Counted from the stretch's first letter, positions 42,519 to 54,097 are shown. The stretch: 64,000 nucleotides of DNA from Verrucomicrobiaceae bacterium (GCA_051252135.1 JBPOGH010000015.1:1-64000); one strand, 5' to 3'. The notes: generated by a model from the sequence alone, not told the origin. Made by a program: numbers and translations.

Positions 42519-45500
42519 TTGAGAATGATTAATATCTCAACCCATTTCGCCTTGAAACGTCTCCTCTCCGCCCTCCTCGCGATCACTCTCTCATCCCTCT
42601 CCGCCCAGAATCTTCCCCTCGGCAGCCTCGAAGGCGAAGCCCAGGCCATCGCCGGAAGCCCGCTCATTAAAGTCGTCTCCGTCACCTCCGGAGGCCCCGC
42701 CGACACCGCCGGAATCCAACCCGGCGACATGATCCACGCCGCCGATGGCATCGCCTTCACCGCCACCTCCTCCAGCGCTCTCGATGGCTACCTCGGCGCC
42801 GTCCAGCAACTCGCCATGGCCATCGATCACGCCGAGGGCACCGACGGCCTCCTCACCCTCGACCTCATCCGTAGCGGCACCGGAAATCTCTCCCTCACCG
42901 CAAACCTCGGCACCCCCGGCCCACTCGGACCCGCTTGGCCCGCCGGCTCCACCAAGGCCGATGCCACCTACCAATACTGCATCGACCAAATCAACGCCAA
43001 GGTCGTCGCCAGTTCCTCCGCAGACTTCGGCTACACCTCCGGATGGTTCGGCATCATCCTTCTCTCACACGATGACTGGGCCACCACCTACCGCCCCGCC
43101 ATCGACAAGCTCCGCACCCGCTGCCAGGACTACCTCAACGGCCGCGAATTCGAACCGCTCGAGAACTACTACTCCGACGGCTCCCAAGGCCAACCCACCC
43201 CGGGCGCCATCAGCAACGGCCTCGAAAACTGGGACGTCACCACCAGCGGCATCTTCCTCGCCCTCTACCGCAGCCAAACCGGAGATGCCACTGCCGACAC
43301 CATCGTCCAGACCGCTGCCGAGATGATCGCCCACCGCGTCCAGCACTGGGTCCAGGTCGATGACGACAAGGACGACCCCGTCATCGGTGGCCGCCTCGGC
43401 CGCATGGGCCACGGCGGAGTCGATGGCGACTACTCCCGCAACGGAGGCACCGGTGCCCTCAACATCATCAACGCCCACGCCCTCCCCGCTCTCGCGCTTC
43501 TCCGAAATGCCGGAGCCAACATGTCCCTCAACCTCGGCGATAGCGTCAACGCCTTCTCCTACAACCCCGGTCTCCCTCAGATGACCATCGAAGAAAAAGC
43601 CTACCTCTGCTGGGAAATCATGCGCGAAGGCACCCGCTTCGATAACGGCAATGACGATGGCAACGTCGGCTACGTCGGCATTCAAAGCGGCTACGATAGC
43701 ACCGGCCGCACCGGCGGTTCCTTCGCCGGTTGGAAACTCTACGGCTTCCCCGCTCCCACTGCCGATGACACGGACCGCGCCCAGCGCCAGGAAGACTACC
43801 TCATCCGCATGTGGAAACGCCAACAGCACGCCCACGCCTACACCCTCGGCGGCATCGCCCTCTCCCAGATGGCCATGCCCTTTCTCTCCAACACCCGCGG
43901 CGAACGCTTCCATCAGGAAAACTCCCGCATGTTCGCCGCCCTCTGCCGCAAGAGCGACAACTCCGTCAGCTACATCCCCGGCCGTCAAAATAACGGCGGC
44001 GACAGCTACCTCAATTACACCAACGTCGCCCTCGTCAACGCCGCCATCCCCCACGCCTTCCGAAAGGGCAACCTCCCCGGCTTCCCCGCTCCCGCCGCCG
44101 ACTCACGCTCGCTCGTCTGGATGAAATCCCCCGTGAACACCTGGCCCGCCCTCGACGCCCGCCAGGTCAAGGTCACCGGCGCACTCACTTCCACCCTCGA
44201 TGTCGTGGTCACGGACGAGGACGGCTCCCTCATCGCCCCCGCCAACTACACCGCCCAGTGGACCAGCACCGATGGCGCCACCTTCACCTCACCCACCACC
44301 ACCGCCACCGACATCTCCTTCCCCGGCGATGGCACCTTCCGCGCCACCCTCGAGGTCACCCGCAATGCCACCACCACCACCGAGCCCTACGATTTCATCG
44401 TCAAGGAAACCCCAACCGTTTCGAACATCCCGCCCTCCATCGTCATCCAACCCACCGGCGGAAGTCTCGATCAGGGCGAATCCATCACCCTCGATTTCAC
44501 CACCCAGGGCACCGCCCCTCTCGTCTATCAATGGCAGCGCAATGGCGAAGATGTCGGCAGCTCCCAAACCACCCCCGCCCTCACGATCGAAAACGCCTCC
44601 GCCGGATCAGCCGGCACCTACACCTGCATCGTCACCAATGCCTACGGCGTCGTCACCACCAACCCCGTCACCATCTCCATCAACGGTATCGGTGGCTTTG
44701 TCGTCGGCGGGCTCTGGCAGGACATCTTCACCGACATCGCCGGAAGCAGCGTCACCGACCTCACCTCCTCTCCTAAATTCCCCGGCACCCCCGATGCCAG
44801 CGGCCCCCTTTCCCTCCCCGAATCCACCCCCAATTACGGAGGAAATTACGGCCAACGTTGGAGCGGCTGGATCACTCCCGATGAGTCCGGCGACTACCGC
44901 TTTTATCTCGCCACCGATGACGCCAGCGAGCTCTACCTCTCCACCACCGACAAACGAGCCGACCGCGTCCTCATCGCCTCGGAAAATTCCTGGAACGGCT
45001 CCCGCACCTGGAGCAGCGCCGAGACCTCCGCCAACATCCCCCTCGTCGCCGGTCAACGCTACTTCATCGAACTCCTCCATAAAGAAGGAGGTGGCGGTGA
45101 CAACGCCGCCTTCACCTGGGCCAAGGCCAACATCATCGGAATATTTATCGATCCCGCCGATGATTCACTCCCCCTCGCCTCTCCCGGAGCTGTCCTCGAA
45201 TATCAGGTCGGCGGCACTCTCGACGACCAGGCCACCCCTCCCGCCGACTACCCACCCATTGCCGATGACCAAACCCTCACCGTCTTCGGCACCACTCCCC
45301 TCAGCTTCACCCTCACCGGATCGGATTACGAAAACCCCGCCCCCACCTTCTCCATCTCCCAACAACCCGCCCACGGCACCCTCTCCGGCACCGCTCCCAA
45401 TCTCACCTACACCCCCACCGGCTCACCCACCGAACCCGACATCTTGAAATTCCGCGTCAACGACGGCACCCAGGATTCGCCCGAAGCCACCGTCACCTTC

Positions 45501-47291
45501 GTCCGCATCAACGAGTCCGCCGCCAACCTCATCGAATGGGACGGCTCCGAATCCTCACGCGATTGGTCCACTGCTCTCAACTGGGTTGGCGACACCGCTC
45601 CCACCGCCACTCAAAGCGCCCTCTTCCACACCGCTTCCTTGGTCAGTTCCGACACCAATCTCGATGCCGACCGCACCATCAAACGCCTCGTCGTCGCTGC
45701 CGCACCCGACCCCATCGATATCGGAGGCACCGGCGTCACTCTCACTCTAACAGAAGGGGTCGAAATGCGATCCGCTGCCCGGGATGTCACTTCCCAAGTC
45801 AGCCTCGCCCTCGCCGCCGATCAAACTTTTGCCATCGGCGATTCCAGAACCCTCACCCTCAACAGCGGACTCGCCGGAGACCACACCCTCACCAAAACCG
45901 GACCCGGCACACTCCGCATCAACAACGTCAGTTCCCGCACCAGCCCCATCATTGTCAGCGAGGGCACCCTCGAACTCGGCGGCGGCGGTTGGTATCAAGG
46001 CTACGTCGGTGGCCGGAGCACCATCACGGTTCAAGCCGGAGCCACCCTCATCAATATCAACAGCCACTCCTTCGGCAGCAGCAACAACGCCAACCGCGAC
46101 GCCATCATCAACGGCGGCAGCTTCCTCCTCGATGGCGGCACTTACTTCGATGACTTCACCCTCACCGCCGGCCACATTGGAAATACCGATGGCGGCTCCG
46201 GCAACATCCGCGCCCGCAGCGGCTCCGGAACCACCATCACCATCCTCGAATCGGATCACTCCTCTCTCATCGATTGCGAGTTCGACCTCACCGGCAGCGC
46301 CATCCTGGACATCGCCGATGGCACCCACGCCAACGATCTCGTCATCTCCGCCGCCATCACCGGCTCAAACACCCTCACCAAGGAAGGCGACGGCAACCTC
46401 CTCCTCACCGCCACCTCCAGCCACTCCGGCACCTTCTCGCTCGACCTCGGATCAATGACCGTCCTCGGCTCACTCGCCAGCAACACCACCCTCGCCGGCG
46501 GCACCGTCCTCGATGGCACCGGCACCCTCGCTTCCGTCATCAACGACGGACAAATCCTCCCCGGCCTCAACGGCCCCGGCGTCATCAATATCACCACCCT
46601 CAATCACCAGGCCGCCGGAGTCATCGTCTGCGAGATCGGCGGCACCAGCCCCGGCACCCAACACGACCAACTCGCCTCCACCGGAACCGTCACCCTCAAC
46701 GGCGCCCTCGACATCCAGCTCATCAATTCCTTCATCCCCGCCATCGGCGACTCCTTCACCGTCCTCTCCGCCAATTCCCGCATCGGAAAATTCTCCACCG
46801 TCAACCTCCCCGCCCTCCCCGCCGGACGCGAGTGGATCACCACCTACTCCCCCTCCGGCCTCTCCCTCTCCGTCGTCGCCACCACCGCCTTCCATAACTG
46901 GCAAAAATCCCACTGGCCCACCGACCACGGCCAACCCGAAATCGCCGGCCCCCTCGTCGACTTCGACCTCGACGGCCTCAGCAATCTTACCGAGTACGCC
47001 ATCGGCTTCGACCCCCGCCTCAACTCCATCCCCTCCGGCCAATCAAAACCCGGCGTCATCGAAAAAGACGGAGCAAACATTTTCTCCTACCCCAAAAACC
47101 CCGCCGCCACCGATGTCTCCTACCGCATCCTCGAAAGCGACGACCTCGGCCAAACCGACCCCTGGACCCTCTCCCCCGTCGCCCCCACCCAAGCCACCGA
47201 CGGCTCCGGCAACATCACCATGGAAATGCCCGTCACCGCCACCGAGCCCCACCGCTTCTACCGCCTCGAAGTCACTCTAACAAATCCCTAG
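42519..47291 (+). CDS. Large secreted multidomain protein (PDZ, DUF6288-like, Ig, PA14, Big_9, autotransporter-associated strand repeats)
   Basis: GGPADTAGIQPGD; ENW..IFLALY..GRMGHG; YQWQRNG..GTYTC; NYGQRWSGWI..ATDDASEL; LTKTGPGTL; start may be near 42552. Confidence 0.8.
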   Translation: MRMINISTHFALKRLLSALLAITLSSLSAQNLPLGSLEGEAQAIAGSPLIKVVSVTSGGPADTAGIQPGDMIHAADGIAFTATSSSALDGYLGAVQQLAMAIDHAEGTDGLLTLDLIRSGTGNLSLTANLGTPGPLGPAWPAGSTKADATYQYCIDQINAKVVASSSADFGYTSGWFGIILLSHDDWATTYRPAIDKLRTRCQDYLNGREFEPLENYYSDGSQGQPTPGAISNGLENWDVTTSGIFLALYRSQTGDATADTIVQTAAEMIAHRVQHWVQVDDDKDDPVIGGRLGRMGHGGVDGDYSRNGGTGALNIINAHALPALALLRNAGANMSLNLGDSVNAFSYNPGLPQMTIEEKAYLCWEIMREGTRFDNGNDDGNVGYVGIQSGYDSTGRTGGSFAGWKLYGFPAPTADDTDRAQRQEDYLIRMWKRQQHAHAYTLGGIALSQMAMPFLSNTRGERFHQENSRMFAALCRKSDNSVSYIPGRQNNGGDSYLNYTNVALVNAAIPHAFRKGNLPGFPAPAADSRSLVWMKSPVNTWPALDARQVKVTGALTSTLDVVVTDEDGSLIAPANYTAQWTSTDGATFTSPTTTATDISFPGDGTFRATLEVTRNATTTTEPYDFIVKETPTVSNIPPSIVIQPTGGSLDQGESITLDFTTQGTAPLVYQWQRNGEDVGSSQTTPALTIENASAGSAGTYTCIVTNAYGVVTTNPVTISINGIGGFVVGGLWQDIFTDIAGSSVTDLTSSPKFPGTPDASGPLSLPESTPNYGGNYGQRWSGWITPDESGDYRFYLATDDASELYLSTTDKRADRVLIASENSWNGSRTWSSAETSANIPLVAGQRYFIELLHKEGGGGDNAAFTWAKANIIGIFIDPADDSLPLASPGAVLEYQVGGTLDDQATPPADYPPIADDQTLTVFGTTPLSFTLTGSDYENPAPTFSISQQPAHGTLSGTAPNLTYTPTGSPTEPDILKFRVNDGTQDSPEATVTFVRINESAANLIEWDGSESSRDWSTALNWVGDTAPTATQSALFHTASLVSSDTNLDADRTIKRLVVAAAPDPIDIGGTGVTLTLTEGVEMRSAARDVTSQVSLALAADQTFAIGDSRTLTLNSGLAGDHTLTKTGPGTLRINNVSSRTSPIIVSEGTLELGGGGWYQGYVGGRSTITVQAGATLININSHSFGSSNNANRDAIINGGSFLLDGGTYFDDFTLTAGHIGNTDGGSGNIRARSGSGTTITILESDHSSLIDCEFDLTGSAILDIADGTHANDLVISAAITGSNTLTKEGDGNLLLTATSSHSGTFSLDLGSMTVLGSLASNTTLAGGTVLDGTGTLASVINDGQILPGLNGPGVINITTLNHQAAGVIVCEIGGTSPGTQHDQLASTGTVTLNGALDIQLINSFIPAIGDSFTVLSANSRIGKFSTVNLPALPAGREWITTYSPSGLSLSVVATTAFHNWQKSHWPTDHGQPEIAGPLVDFDLDGLSNLTEYAIGFDPRLNSIPSGQSKPGVIEKDGANIFSYPKNPAATDVSYRILESDDLGQTDPWTLSPVAPTQATDGSGNITMEMPVTATEPHRFYRLEVTLTNP

Positions 47292-47447
47292 CCCCGCTTT
47301 CAAAATCTCAAAACCCACCACTCCCCCCTCTTCTGTAATACAGATATCACTTTCGCCCCTACACTCTTAAAAAACCATTGCCTCCCCCATCCCTCTCTCT
47401 AGCGTCATCCATTATCCGAAAGGACTTTCCCCACCCATCACTCATCC

Positions 47448-49535
47448 GTGCCTGAATACATCACCCCCCTTCTCGGCCTCGTTGGCCTCCTCTTCGCCGG
47501 CTTAATCCTCCGCAACATCGTCAGTCGCGATGGTGGAGAAGGAAACACCGCCGCCATCGCCGAAAAAATCCACCGCGGGGCCATGGTCTTCATGCGCCGT
47601 GAATTCAAGCTCATCTCCTGCTTTGCCGTCGTCATCGGCCTCGCCATCTACTTCTTCCAGGATCAGGCCTTCGGCAAACAACAATCCCTCGCCTTCTTCC
47701 TCGGCTGCCTCGCCTCCTCCGCCGCCGGATTCATCGGCATGTACACCGCCACCAAGGCCAACGTCCGCACCGCTCTCGCCGCCAAAAACAAGGGCGCTTC
47801 CGAAGCCCTCACCGTCGCCTTCTTCGGTGGCTCCGTCATGGGGCTCACCGTCGCCTCCATGGGCCTCCTCGGCCTCGGCGGACTCTACGCCTACTACATC
47901 TCCCACCCCGCCCACCTCGCCGAAATCCTCGAAGGCTTCGCCATGGGCGCTTCCCTCGTCGCCCTCTTCTACCGCGTCGGCGGAGGCATCTTCACGAAGG
48001 CCGCCGATGTCGGAGCCGACCTCGTCGGAAAAGTTGAAGCCGGCATTCCCGAGGACGACCCCCGCAACCCCGGAGTCATCGCCGATAACGTCGGTGACAA
48101 TGTCGGCGACGTCGCCGGAATGGGCTCGGATATCTTCGAGTCCTACTGCGGAGCACAAATCGCCACCCTCGCCATCGGCGCCTCCCTCGGCGCACGCGTG
48201 GCCGAAGCCGGAGCCAACTCTCCCGCCGCCGCCGCTCTCATCGAAAAGCTCGGTGCCACCGGAAACGAATCCATCCTTCTCCAGCTCCCCCTCATCCTCA
48301 CCACCGTCGGACTCCTCTGCTCCATCCTCGGCATCTTCCTCGTTCGCACCCTCTCCGATAAGGACCCCGCCAAAGCCCTCCGCTTCGGCACCATCGGCTC
48401 CGCCATCCTCTTCATCATCGCCTCCTTCATCATCGGCTCCTCCCTTGGACTTTCCACCAACATCGCCTGCGCCGTCCTCGCCGGAGCCGTCGGCGGCATC
48501 ATCATCGGACTCGTCACCGAGCACTACACCGGTGGCGCTCCCGTTCGTGAAATCGCCCATCAGGGCGAAACCGGTGTGGCCACCCTCATGATCTCCGGCC
48601 TTTCCATCGGCCTCCGATCAGTCGTCGTCCCCCTCTTCACCATCGCCGCCACCATCTACATCTCTTACGAGTTCTGCGGCCTCTACGGCGTCGGCCTCGC
48701 CGCTGTCGGCATGCTCGGCACCGTCGGCATCACCATGGCCATCGACGCCTACGGACCCGTCGCCGACAACGCCGGCGGCATCGCCGAAATGGCCAAGATG
48801 GGCCCCGAGACCCGCGCCATCACCGATGGCCTCGACGCCGTCGGCAACACCACCGCCGCCATCGGCAAAGGCTTCGCCATCGGAGCCGCCGGCCTCGCCG
48901 CCCTCGCCCTCATCACCGCCTTCATCCAGAAGACGGAAATCTCCCTCAACCTCGCCAATCCCGATGACCTCCGCATCTTCTTCGTTGGCCTCATGATTGG
49001 TGGAGCCATCCCATTCCTCAACGGTGCCATCACCATGAACGCCGTCGGTGAAGCCGCCTTCGAAATGATCACCGAAATCCGCCGCCAGTTCCGCGAAATC
49101 CCCGGCATCCTCGAAGGCACCGCCGAACCCGAAACGGACAAGTGCATCGATATCGCCACCGCCGCCGCCACCCGCCGCATGATCGGACCCGCCCTCCTCG
49201 CCGTCGGCACCCCGCTCATCGTCGGATTCGGCTTCGAATACATCGGCGCCGAAGGCACCCAATCCGGAGCCAAAGCCCTCGCCGGAACCCTCTGCGGCGC
49301 CCTCCTCGGCTGCGTCCTCCTCGCCCTCATGATGTCCAACGCCGGTGGCGCCTGGGACAACGCCAAGAAATACATCGAAGACGGCCACAACGGCGGAAAA
49401 GGCTCCGAAACTCACGCCGCCAGCGTTGTCGGCGACACCGTAGGCGACCCCCTCAAGGACACCTCCGGCCCCTCCATGAACATCCTCATCAATGTCATGG
49501 CCATCGTCAGCCTCGTCATCGCCGGCCTCCTCTAA
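47448..49535 (+). CDS. hppA: Membrane-bound ion-translocating pyrophosphatase, K+-dependent type (probably Na+)
   Basis: [48 protein letters not shown] (Ala variant indicates K+ dependence). Confidence 0.93.
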   Translation: MPEYITPLLGLVGLLFAGLILRNIVSRDGGEGNTAAIAEKIHRGAMVFMRREFKLISCFAVVIGLAIYFFQDQAFGKQQSLAFFLGCLASSAAGFIGMYTATKANVRTALAAKNKGASEALTVAFFGGSVMGLTVASMGLLGLGGLYAYYISHPAHLAEILEGFAMGASLVALFYRVGGGIFTKAADVGADLVGKVEAGIPEDDPRNPGVIADNVGDNVGDVAGMGSDIFESYCGAQIATLAIGASLGARVAEAGANSPAAAALIEKLGATGNESILLQLPLILTTVGLLCSILGIFLVRTLSDKDPAKALRFGTIGSAILFIIASFIIGSSLGLSTNIACAVLAGAVGGIIIGLVTEHYTGGAPVREIAHQGETGVATLMISGLSIGLRSVVVPLFTIAATIYISYEFCGLYGVGLAAVGMLGTVGITMAIDAYGPVADNAGGIAEMAKMGPETRAITDGLDAVGNTTAAIGKGFAIGAAGLAALALITAFIQKTEISLNLANPDDLRIFFVGLMIGGAIPFLNGAITMNAVGEAAFEMITEIRRQFREIPGILEGTAEPETDKCIDIATAAATRRMIGPALLAVGTPLIVGFGFEYIGAEGTQSGAKALAGTLCGALLGCVLLALMMSNAGGAWDNAKKYIEDGHNGGKGSETHAASVVGDTVGDPLKDTSGPSMNILINVMAIVSLVIAGLL

Positions 49536-50800
49536 CAACTCGCCGAAATCAGGCACTCCTTCACCTCCCGCGAGGAGTCGCCCTTACGCCCCATCGTCTT
49601 GTGGTCGTAGTCGATCTCCTCGTAGTCGATGCGGTAACCCGCAAGCGTCCCCCCCGCGATCTTGAGCAATTCCTCCAGCTCAATCATTCCTGTATTGGAA
49701 TAGGAAAGCACCAAGCTCGATCCACTTTTCCGGACCCCCTCAAACAGCGCCTCAAACGCCCCCGCCACCTGCGACCGGATCGAAAACGGAGACTGATGCC
49801 TCCCCTCCCGATAACGCCCTTTCACCGTCGCACCCGACTTCTGCTGTAGCTCAGGATAATCGTAAAGAACGACCGTCTCCAGCGCGTGATAAAACCGGCT
49901 GTAATGCACAAAGCAATACGGCGGGTCCGCATACACCGTGCACTCGGGCAGCGACCCCAACCGCTCCGCAAAGTCCAATCGCGTGATCTCATGCTGATAC
50001 ACCGGTGCCTCCGACGGCAGCCCTCCAAAAACCGCATCAAACTTCCGCGCAAAGTACTCCGGCAAGGACCGCCGCCGATAAATCAAAATATCCTTCAGCG
50101 ACGACGCATTCTTCGCATCACGATACTGCGCAAAGTGACCCGTCCCCTGACTGCAATACGCCATCGCATACATCAACGATGACAAAATCAACGACGCACA
50201 CGGCTCCCCCTTCCTCACCTCATAAACCTGTCGCAACGCATCAATCCACAGGCACTGCTCCACACTCCACCACGTCCCCGAGTAGTTCTTCGTGAACAAA
50301 TGATAGTCCGCCCCAAATGTCTGCCCCACCAAAAGCCGACTCCGTTCTTCCGACTCCACAAAGTCGTCCAGCGAAGGGTCCTCATAATCCACCTCGCCAC
50401 TCCCCGACTCCTTCCGCAAGACCTCCACATGCGCCCGCGCCTCATCCAAAATCCCCTCCGCACTCACGTCCCCATCCCGATAACAATTCAGATACGTCTC
50501 CGCCAACACCCCGGAATACGCCTGAATATCATTCGAAAACATCCGCACCTGCCCCGCCAACGCTCCTGACAACGAGCAAGACCCCGCAAACAAATCACAA
50601 ACCCCCGCCCCCTTCTCCACCGCCGCCACCTTCTCCACCACCCGGTCGATCAACTTCGTCTTCGACCCCATATACTTGATATAGTGCTCGAAGGGCTCCG
50701 CGGTCAAAGAAAGCTCTGGGTTGATACCGTGGTATCCTAAAATCACCTCGCTAGACTGCAAGGTCGAACCTCCCCCCTCTCTCAAAAAGCGAAAAGCCAA
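49532..50800 (-). CDS. N6-adenine DNA methyltransferase (D12/alpha class)
   Basis: KYMGSK, DLFAGS, YADPPY..YSRFYH, LSYSN; true start probably nearer 50690-50725. Confidence 0.85.
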   Translation of the reverse strand: MAFRFLREGGGSTLQSSEVILGYHGINPELSLTAEPFEHYIKYMGSKTKLIDRVVEKVAAVEKGAGVCDLFAGSCSLSGALAGQVRMFSNDIQAYSGVLAETYLNCYRDGDVSAEGILDEARAHVEVLRKESGSGEVDYEDPSLDDFVESEERSRLLVGQTFGADYHLFTKNYSGTWWSVEQCLWIDALRQVYEVRKGEPCASLILSSLMYAMAYCSQGTGHFAQYRDAKNASSLKDILIYRRRSLPEYFARKFDAVFGGLPSEAPVYQHEITRLDFAERLGSLPECTVYADPPYCFVHYSRFYHALETVVLYDYPELQQKSGATVKGRYREGRHQSPFSIRSQVAGAFEALFEGVRKSGSSLVLSYSNTGMIELEELLKIAGGTLAGYRIDYEEIDYDHKTMGRKGDSSREVKECLISASC

Positions 50801-50944
50801 CCGCCAAAAGCCAACCGCTCAAATTCCCATCCATCTGCAAACCTCCCCCATCCCTCACTCCCCTCCTCTCTCCATCCCTCCTTCCCAATCCTCTTTCCCC
50901 TTTATCCCCCACCACCCTTCCCATACTCTTCTTCCCTCAACCCT

Positions 50945-51619
50945 ATGCCTGCTGTCCTAGTCGTCGAAGACGAACCCGCCATCGCGGACACCCTCGTCTA
51001 TGCCCTGAAAACCGAAAACTTCTCGGTCACCCACCTCACCACCGGTGGCGAAGCCCTCGCTCATTGCGAAAAAAACACCCCTGATCTCGTCGTCCTCGAT
51101 ATCGGCCTCCCCGACATCCTCGGCTTCGATGTCTGCCGCGGCATCCGCGAGTTCTCCAACGTCCCCATCCTCTTCCTCACCGCCCGTGACTCCGAGATCG
51201 ACCACGTCCTCGGCCTCGAACTCGGCGCGGACGACTACGTCACCAAACCCTTCTCCCCCCGCACCGTCGTCGCCCGCATCCGCGCCATCCTTCGCCGCGG
51301 CGGAGTCGTCGAGGCACCCGAAGCCCCCTCCACTCTCCTCCACCACTGCAAGGACACCATGACCATCCTCTGCTCCGGCAAAAATCTCGATCTCACCGCA
51401 CACGAATACAAACTCCTCGCCATCCTCCTCGCCCACCCCAACCGCGTCTACACCCGCGAACAACTCCTCGAAAAAGCCTGGGACGACCCCGGCTCCGCCA
51501 TGGACCGCACCATCGACGCCCACATCAAGTCCCTCCGCTCCAAACTTCGCGTCCACTCCGAACAAGCCGCCGAAACAATCCAAACCCGCCGCGGCCTCGG
51601 CTACGCTCTCGTCCTGTAG
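50945..51619 (+). CDS. creB: Two-component response regulator CreB (OmpR family)
   Basis: VEDEPAIADTLVYAL, LDIGLPD, DRTIDAHIKSLR; paired with creC. Confidence 0.85.
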   Translation: MPAVLVVEDEPAIADTLVYALKTENFSVTHLTTGGEALAHCEKNTPDLVVLDIGLPDILGFDVCRGIREFSNVPILFLTARDSEIDHVLGLELGADDYVTKPFSPRTVVARIRAILRRGGVVEAPEAPSTLLHHCKDTMTILCSGKNLDLTAHEYKLLAILLAHPNRVYTREQLLEKAWDDPGSAMDRTIDAHIKSLRSKLRVHSEQAAETIQTRRGLGYALVL

Positions 51620-53059
51620 ATGAGACTCACCCGCGTCACCCTCTTCTTCGTCGTCCTCATTCTGGGCCTCGGATTCTACCGCGTCATCGACTACCTCCTC
51701 GCCGACCTCGAGTTCCAGACCTTCCAGGCCACCGAGGAATCCATGGTCGACTCCTCAAACATCATCGCCGCCATGGTCGAAGCCCATTGGGACGAAGACC
51801 CCGTCGCCACCCTCGATAACATCTTCACCGGTGCCAACGCCCGGGAATTTGAAGCCCTCATCTTCCAAAAACTCAAATCCCGGGTCGGCCTCCACGCCTA
51901 CCTCACCGACGCCTCCGGCACCATCCTCTACGATTCGGGAAACCCCGATAACGTCGGAAAAGACTTCCTCAAATGGCGCGACGTCAGACTCACCCTCAGT
52001 GGCGAATACGGCACCCGCTCCTCCCGCGCCGATGAAGACGACCCCGACTCCTCCGTCATGTTCATCGGCGCCCCCATTCACCAAAATGGCGAAATCGTCG
52101 GCTGCCTCAGCGTCTACAAGGCCCAGTCCGACGTCCTCCCCTTCGTCAAAGAACGTCGCCGCCAAATCATTCAGGGCGTCGCCCTCATCGGCCTCGGCAT
52201 CTTCGCCCTCATCACCGCCGTCTTCGTCTGGCTCTTCCGCCCCGTCGGCCAACTTACCGATTACGCCCGCTCCATCACCCGCGGCGAACGCCTCGCCAAA
52301 CCCGACGTCGGACATGGCCGCGAAGTCAACACCCTCGCCGACGCCCTCCACGACATGCGTAAATCCCTCGAAGGCCGCGAGCACATCGAGCAATACATCC
52401 AGACCCTCACCCACGAACTCAAATCCCCCCTCGCCGCCATCCAGGGAGCCGCCGAACTCCTCAATGAGGACATGCCTCTGGAAGATCGCGCCCGCTTTCT
52501 CGAGAACATCCGCTCCCAAACCGCCCGCTGCGAACGCCTCACCCACCGCCTTCTCGAGCTCTCCGCCGTCGAAGCCCAATCCAGCCTCGAACACATCCAT
52601 GAGTTCGATCTCGTGGCCCGCGTCCAACGCAGCCTCACCCAGCTTCGCCCGCTCGCCGAAGCCCAACAAATCACCATCGACTCCCACCTCCCCCCTTCAC
52701 AAAACTACCGCGGCAACGAACTCCTCATCGGCTCCGCCCTCAATCATCTCCTCGAAAACGCCGTCCAATTCACCCCCGCAAAAAGCACCATCTCCCTCTC
52801 CCTGGAATCAAGCGGAGACGCCCTCACCATCACCATCCGCGACCAAGGCCCCGGCATTCCGGACTTCGCCCAAAAACGCGCCTTCGAACGCTTCTACTCC
52901 TACCGCCCCGCCGAACAGGAGATCGAAAAAGGCAACGGCCTCGGACTCGCTTTCGTCCATGAGGTCGCCGACCTCCACCACGGCACCGCCACCCTCGCCA
53001 ACCACCCCGCCGGCGGAGCCATCGCCACCCTCTCCCTTCCGCTTCCAGCCAAGGACTAA
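51620..53059 (+). CDS. creC: Sensor histidine kinase CreC
   Basis: EESMVD, WRDVRLTLSGEYGTRSS, LEGR..IEQYIQTLTHELKSPLAAI.GAAELL, FERFYS. Confidence 0.88.
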   Translation: MRLTRVTLFFVVLILGLGFYRVIDYLLADLEFQTFQATEESMVDSSNIIAAMVEAHWDEDPVATLDNIFTGANAREFEALIFQKLKSRVGLHAYLTDASGTILYDSGNPDNVGKDFLKWRDVRLTLSGEYGTRSSRADEDDPDSSVMFIGAPIHQNGEIVGCLSVYKAQSDVLPFVKERRRQIIQGVALIGLGIFALITAVFVWLFRPVGQLTDYARSITRGERLAKPDVGHGREVNTLADALHDMRKSLEGREHIEQYIQTLTHELKSPLAAIQGAAELLNEDMPLEDRARFLENIRSQTARCERLTHRLLELSAVEAQSSLEHIHEFDLVARVQRSLTQLRPLAEAQQITIDSHLPPSQNYRGNELLIGSALNHLLENAVQFTPAKSTISLSLESSGDALTITIRDQGPGIPDFAQKRAFERFYSYRPAEQEIEKGNGLGLAFVHEVADLHHGTATLANHPAGGAIATLSLPLPAKD

Positions 53060-53063
53060 AGAT

Positions 53064-53101
53064 TTCTCACAATCTTCATCTTCGGATCATCATATCTTCA
53101 C
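53064..53101 (+). promoter_or_regulatory. cre-tag-like direct-repeat array (putative CreB site)
   Basis: TTCTC, TTCAT, ATCAT, TTCAC at 53064, 53075, 53086, 53097 (11-bp period). Confidence 0.6.
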
Positions 53102-53123
53102 ATAAGGAAATCATGGTCCCCCC

Positions 53124-53312
53124 ATGATCATTCTTCGCACGCCCGATCTCGCCCTCCTCGCCGGCATCCTCACTCTCGTCTTCGCCCTTCAAAAAGAAGA
53201 CCCCGTTCCCAGGGCCGAACCCCTCCCGGTCCACCCCGCCTCCTGGTCTGACCCGCAACCGGAGCCCATCCCCCAAATCGAAGAAGAATCACCCCTCACT
53301 CCCTGGTTCTAA
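53124..53312 (+). CDS. Small membrane or exported hypothetical protein
   Basis: 62 aa; hydrophobic N-terminus, Pro/Glu tail; fills the operon gap. Confidence 0.55.
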   Translation: MIILRTPDLALLAGILTLVFALQKEDPVPRAEPLPVHPASWSDPQPEPIPQIEEESPLTPWF

Positions 53313-53317
53313 CCGAA

Positions 53318-54097
53318 ATGTGGGACCGACTGTCAAAGCTCCTCCGGGGAGATTCCTCCGACCTTCGTGAATGGTTGGAAAACCCCTCGTCGCGCAATCT
53401 CGCCATCTGCGCCCTCACCATCGTCCTCGGCTTTGGCAGCTACGGAATCACCGTCGGCCTCTGGCGCGCCCCTCTCATGGGATTCTACGTCGGGCTCAAA
53501 ATGCCCGCCCTCATCTTCATCACCCTCGCGTGCAACGGCTTCCTCAACGGGATGCTCAGCCTCCTCCTCGGAAGCGGACTCGGCTTCCGCCAATCCATCC
53601 TCGCCCAGCTCCTCAGCTTCGCCGTCGCCGCCCTCATCCTCGGCTCCCTCTCGCCCGTCCTTTTCTTCATGGCCCTCAATGCCCCCGCGCCCGACGCCGC
53701 CAACGCCCACACCGCACACGCCAACTACCTCGTCACCCACACCGTCCTCATCGCCTACGCTGGCGTCATCGCCAATGTCCACCTCGCACGACTCCTCCTC
53801 GCCGTCACCCGCGATCAAAAAATCGCCGCCACCACCCTCGGAGCCTGGCTCGCCGGCAACGCCTTCGTCGGCGCCCAGTTCTCCTGGATTCTCCGCCCCT
53901 TCTTCGGAACCCCCTCTCTCAAAGTCCAGTTCCTCCGCGATGACGCCATGCGCGGCACCTTCTACGAAACCGTCTGGCGCTCACTCGACAAAATCACCGG
54001 CGGCCAACCCGTCATCGCCCTCACCGTCCTCGGCATGGGCCTCGTCCTCCTCCTCAGCCCCCTCTTCAAAACCTTCTCAAACCTCGAACCAAAATAA
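53318..54097 (+). CDS. Multi-pass membrane protein (Yip1-like)
   Basis: About 6 TM segments; QFSWILRPFFG. Confidence 0.7.
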   Translation: MWDRLSKLLRGDSSDLREWLENPSSRNLAICALTIVLGFGSYGITVGLWRAPLMGFYVGLKMPALIFITLACNGFLNGMLSLLLGSGLGFRQSILAQLLSFAVAALILGSLSPVLFFMALNAPAPDAANAHTAHANYLVTHTVLIAYAGVIANVHLARLLLAVTRDQKIAATTLGAWLAGNAFVGAQFSWILRPFFGTPSLKVQFLRDDAMRGTFYETVWRSLDKITGGQPVIALTVLGMGLVLLLSPLFKTFSNLEPK

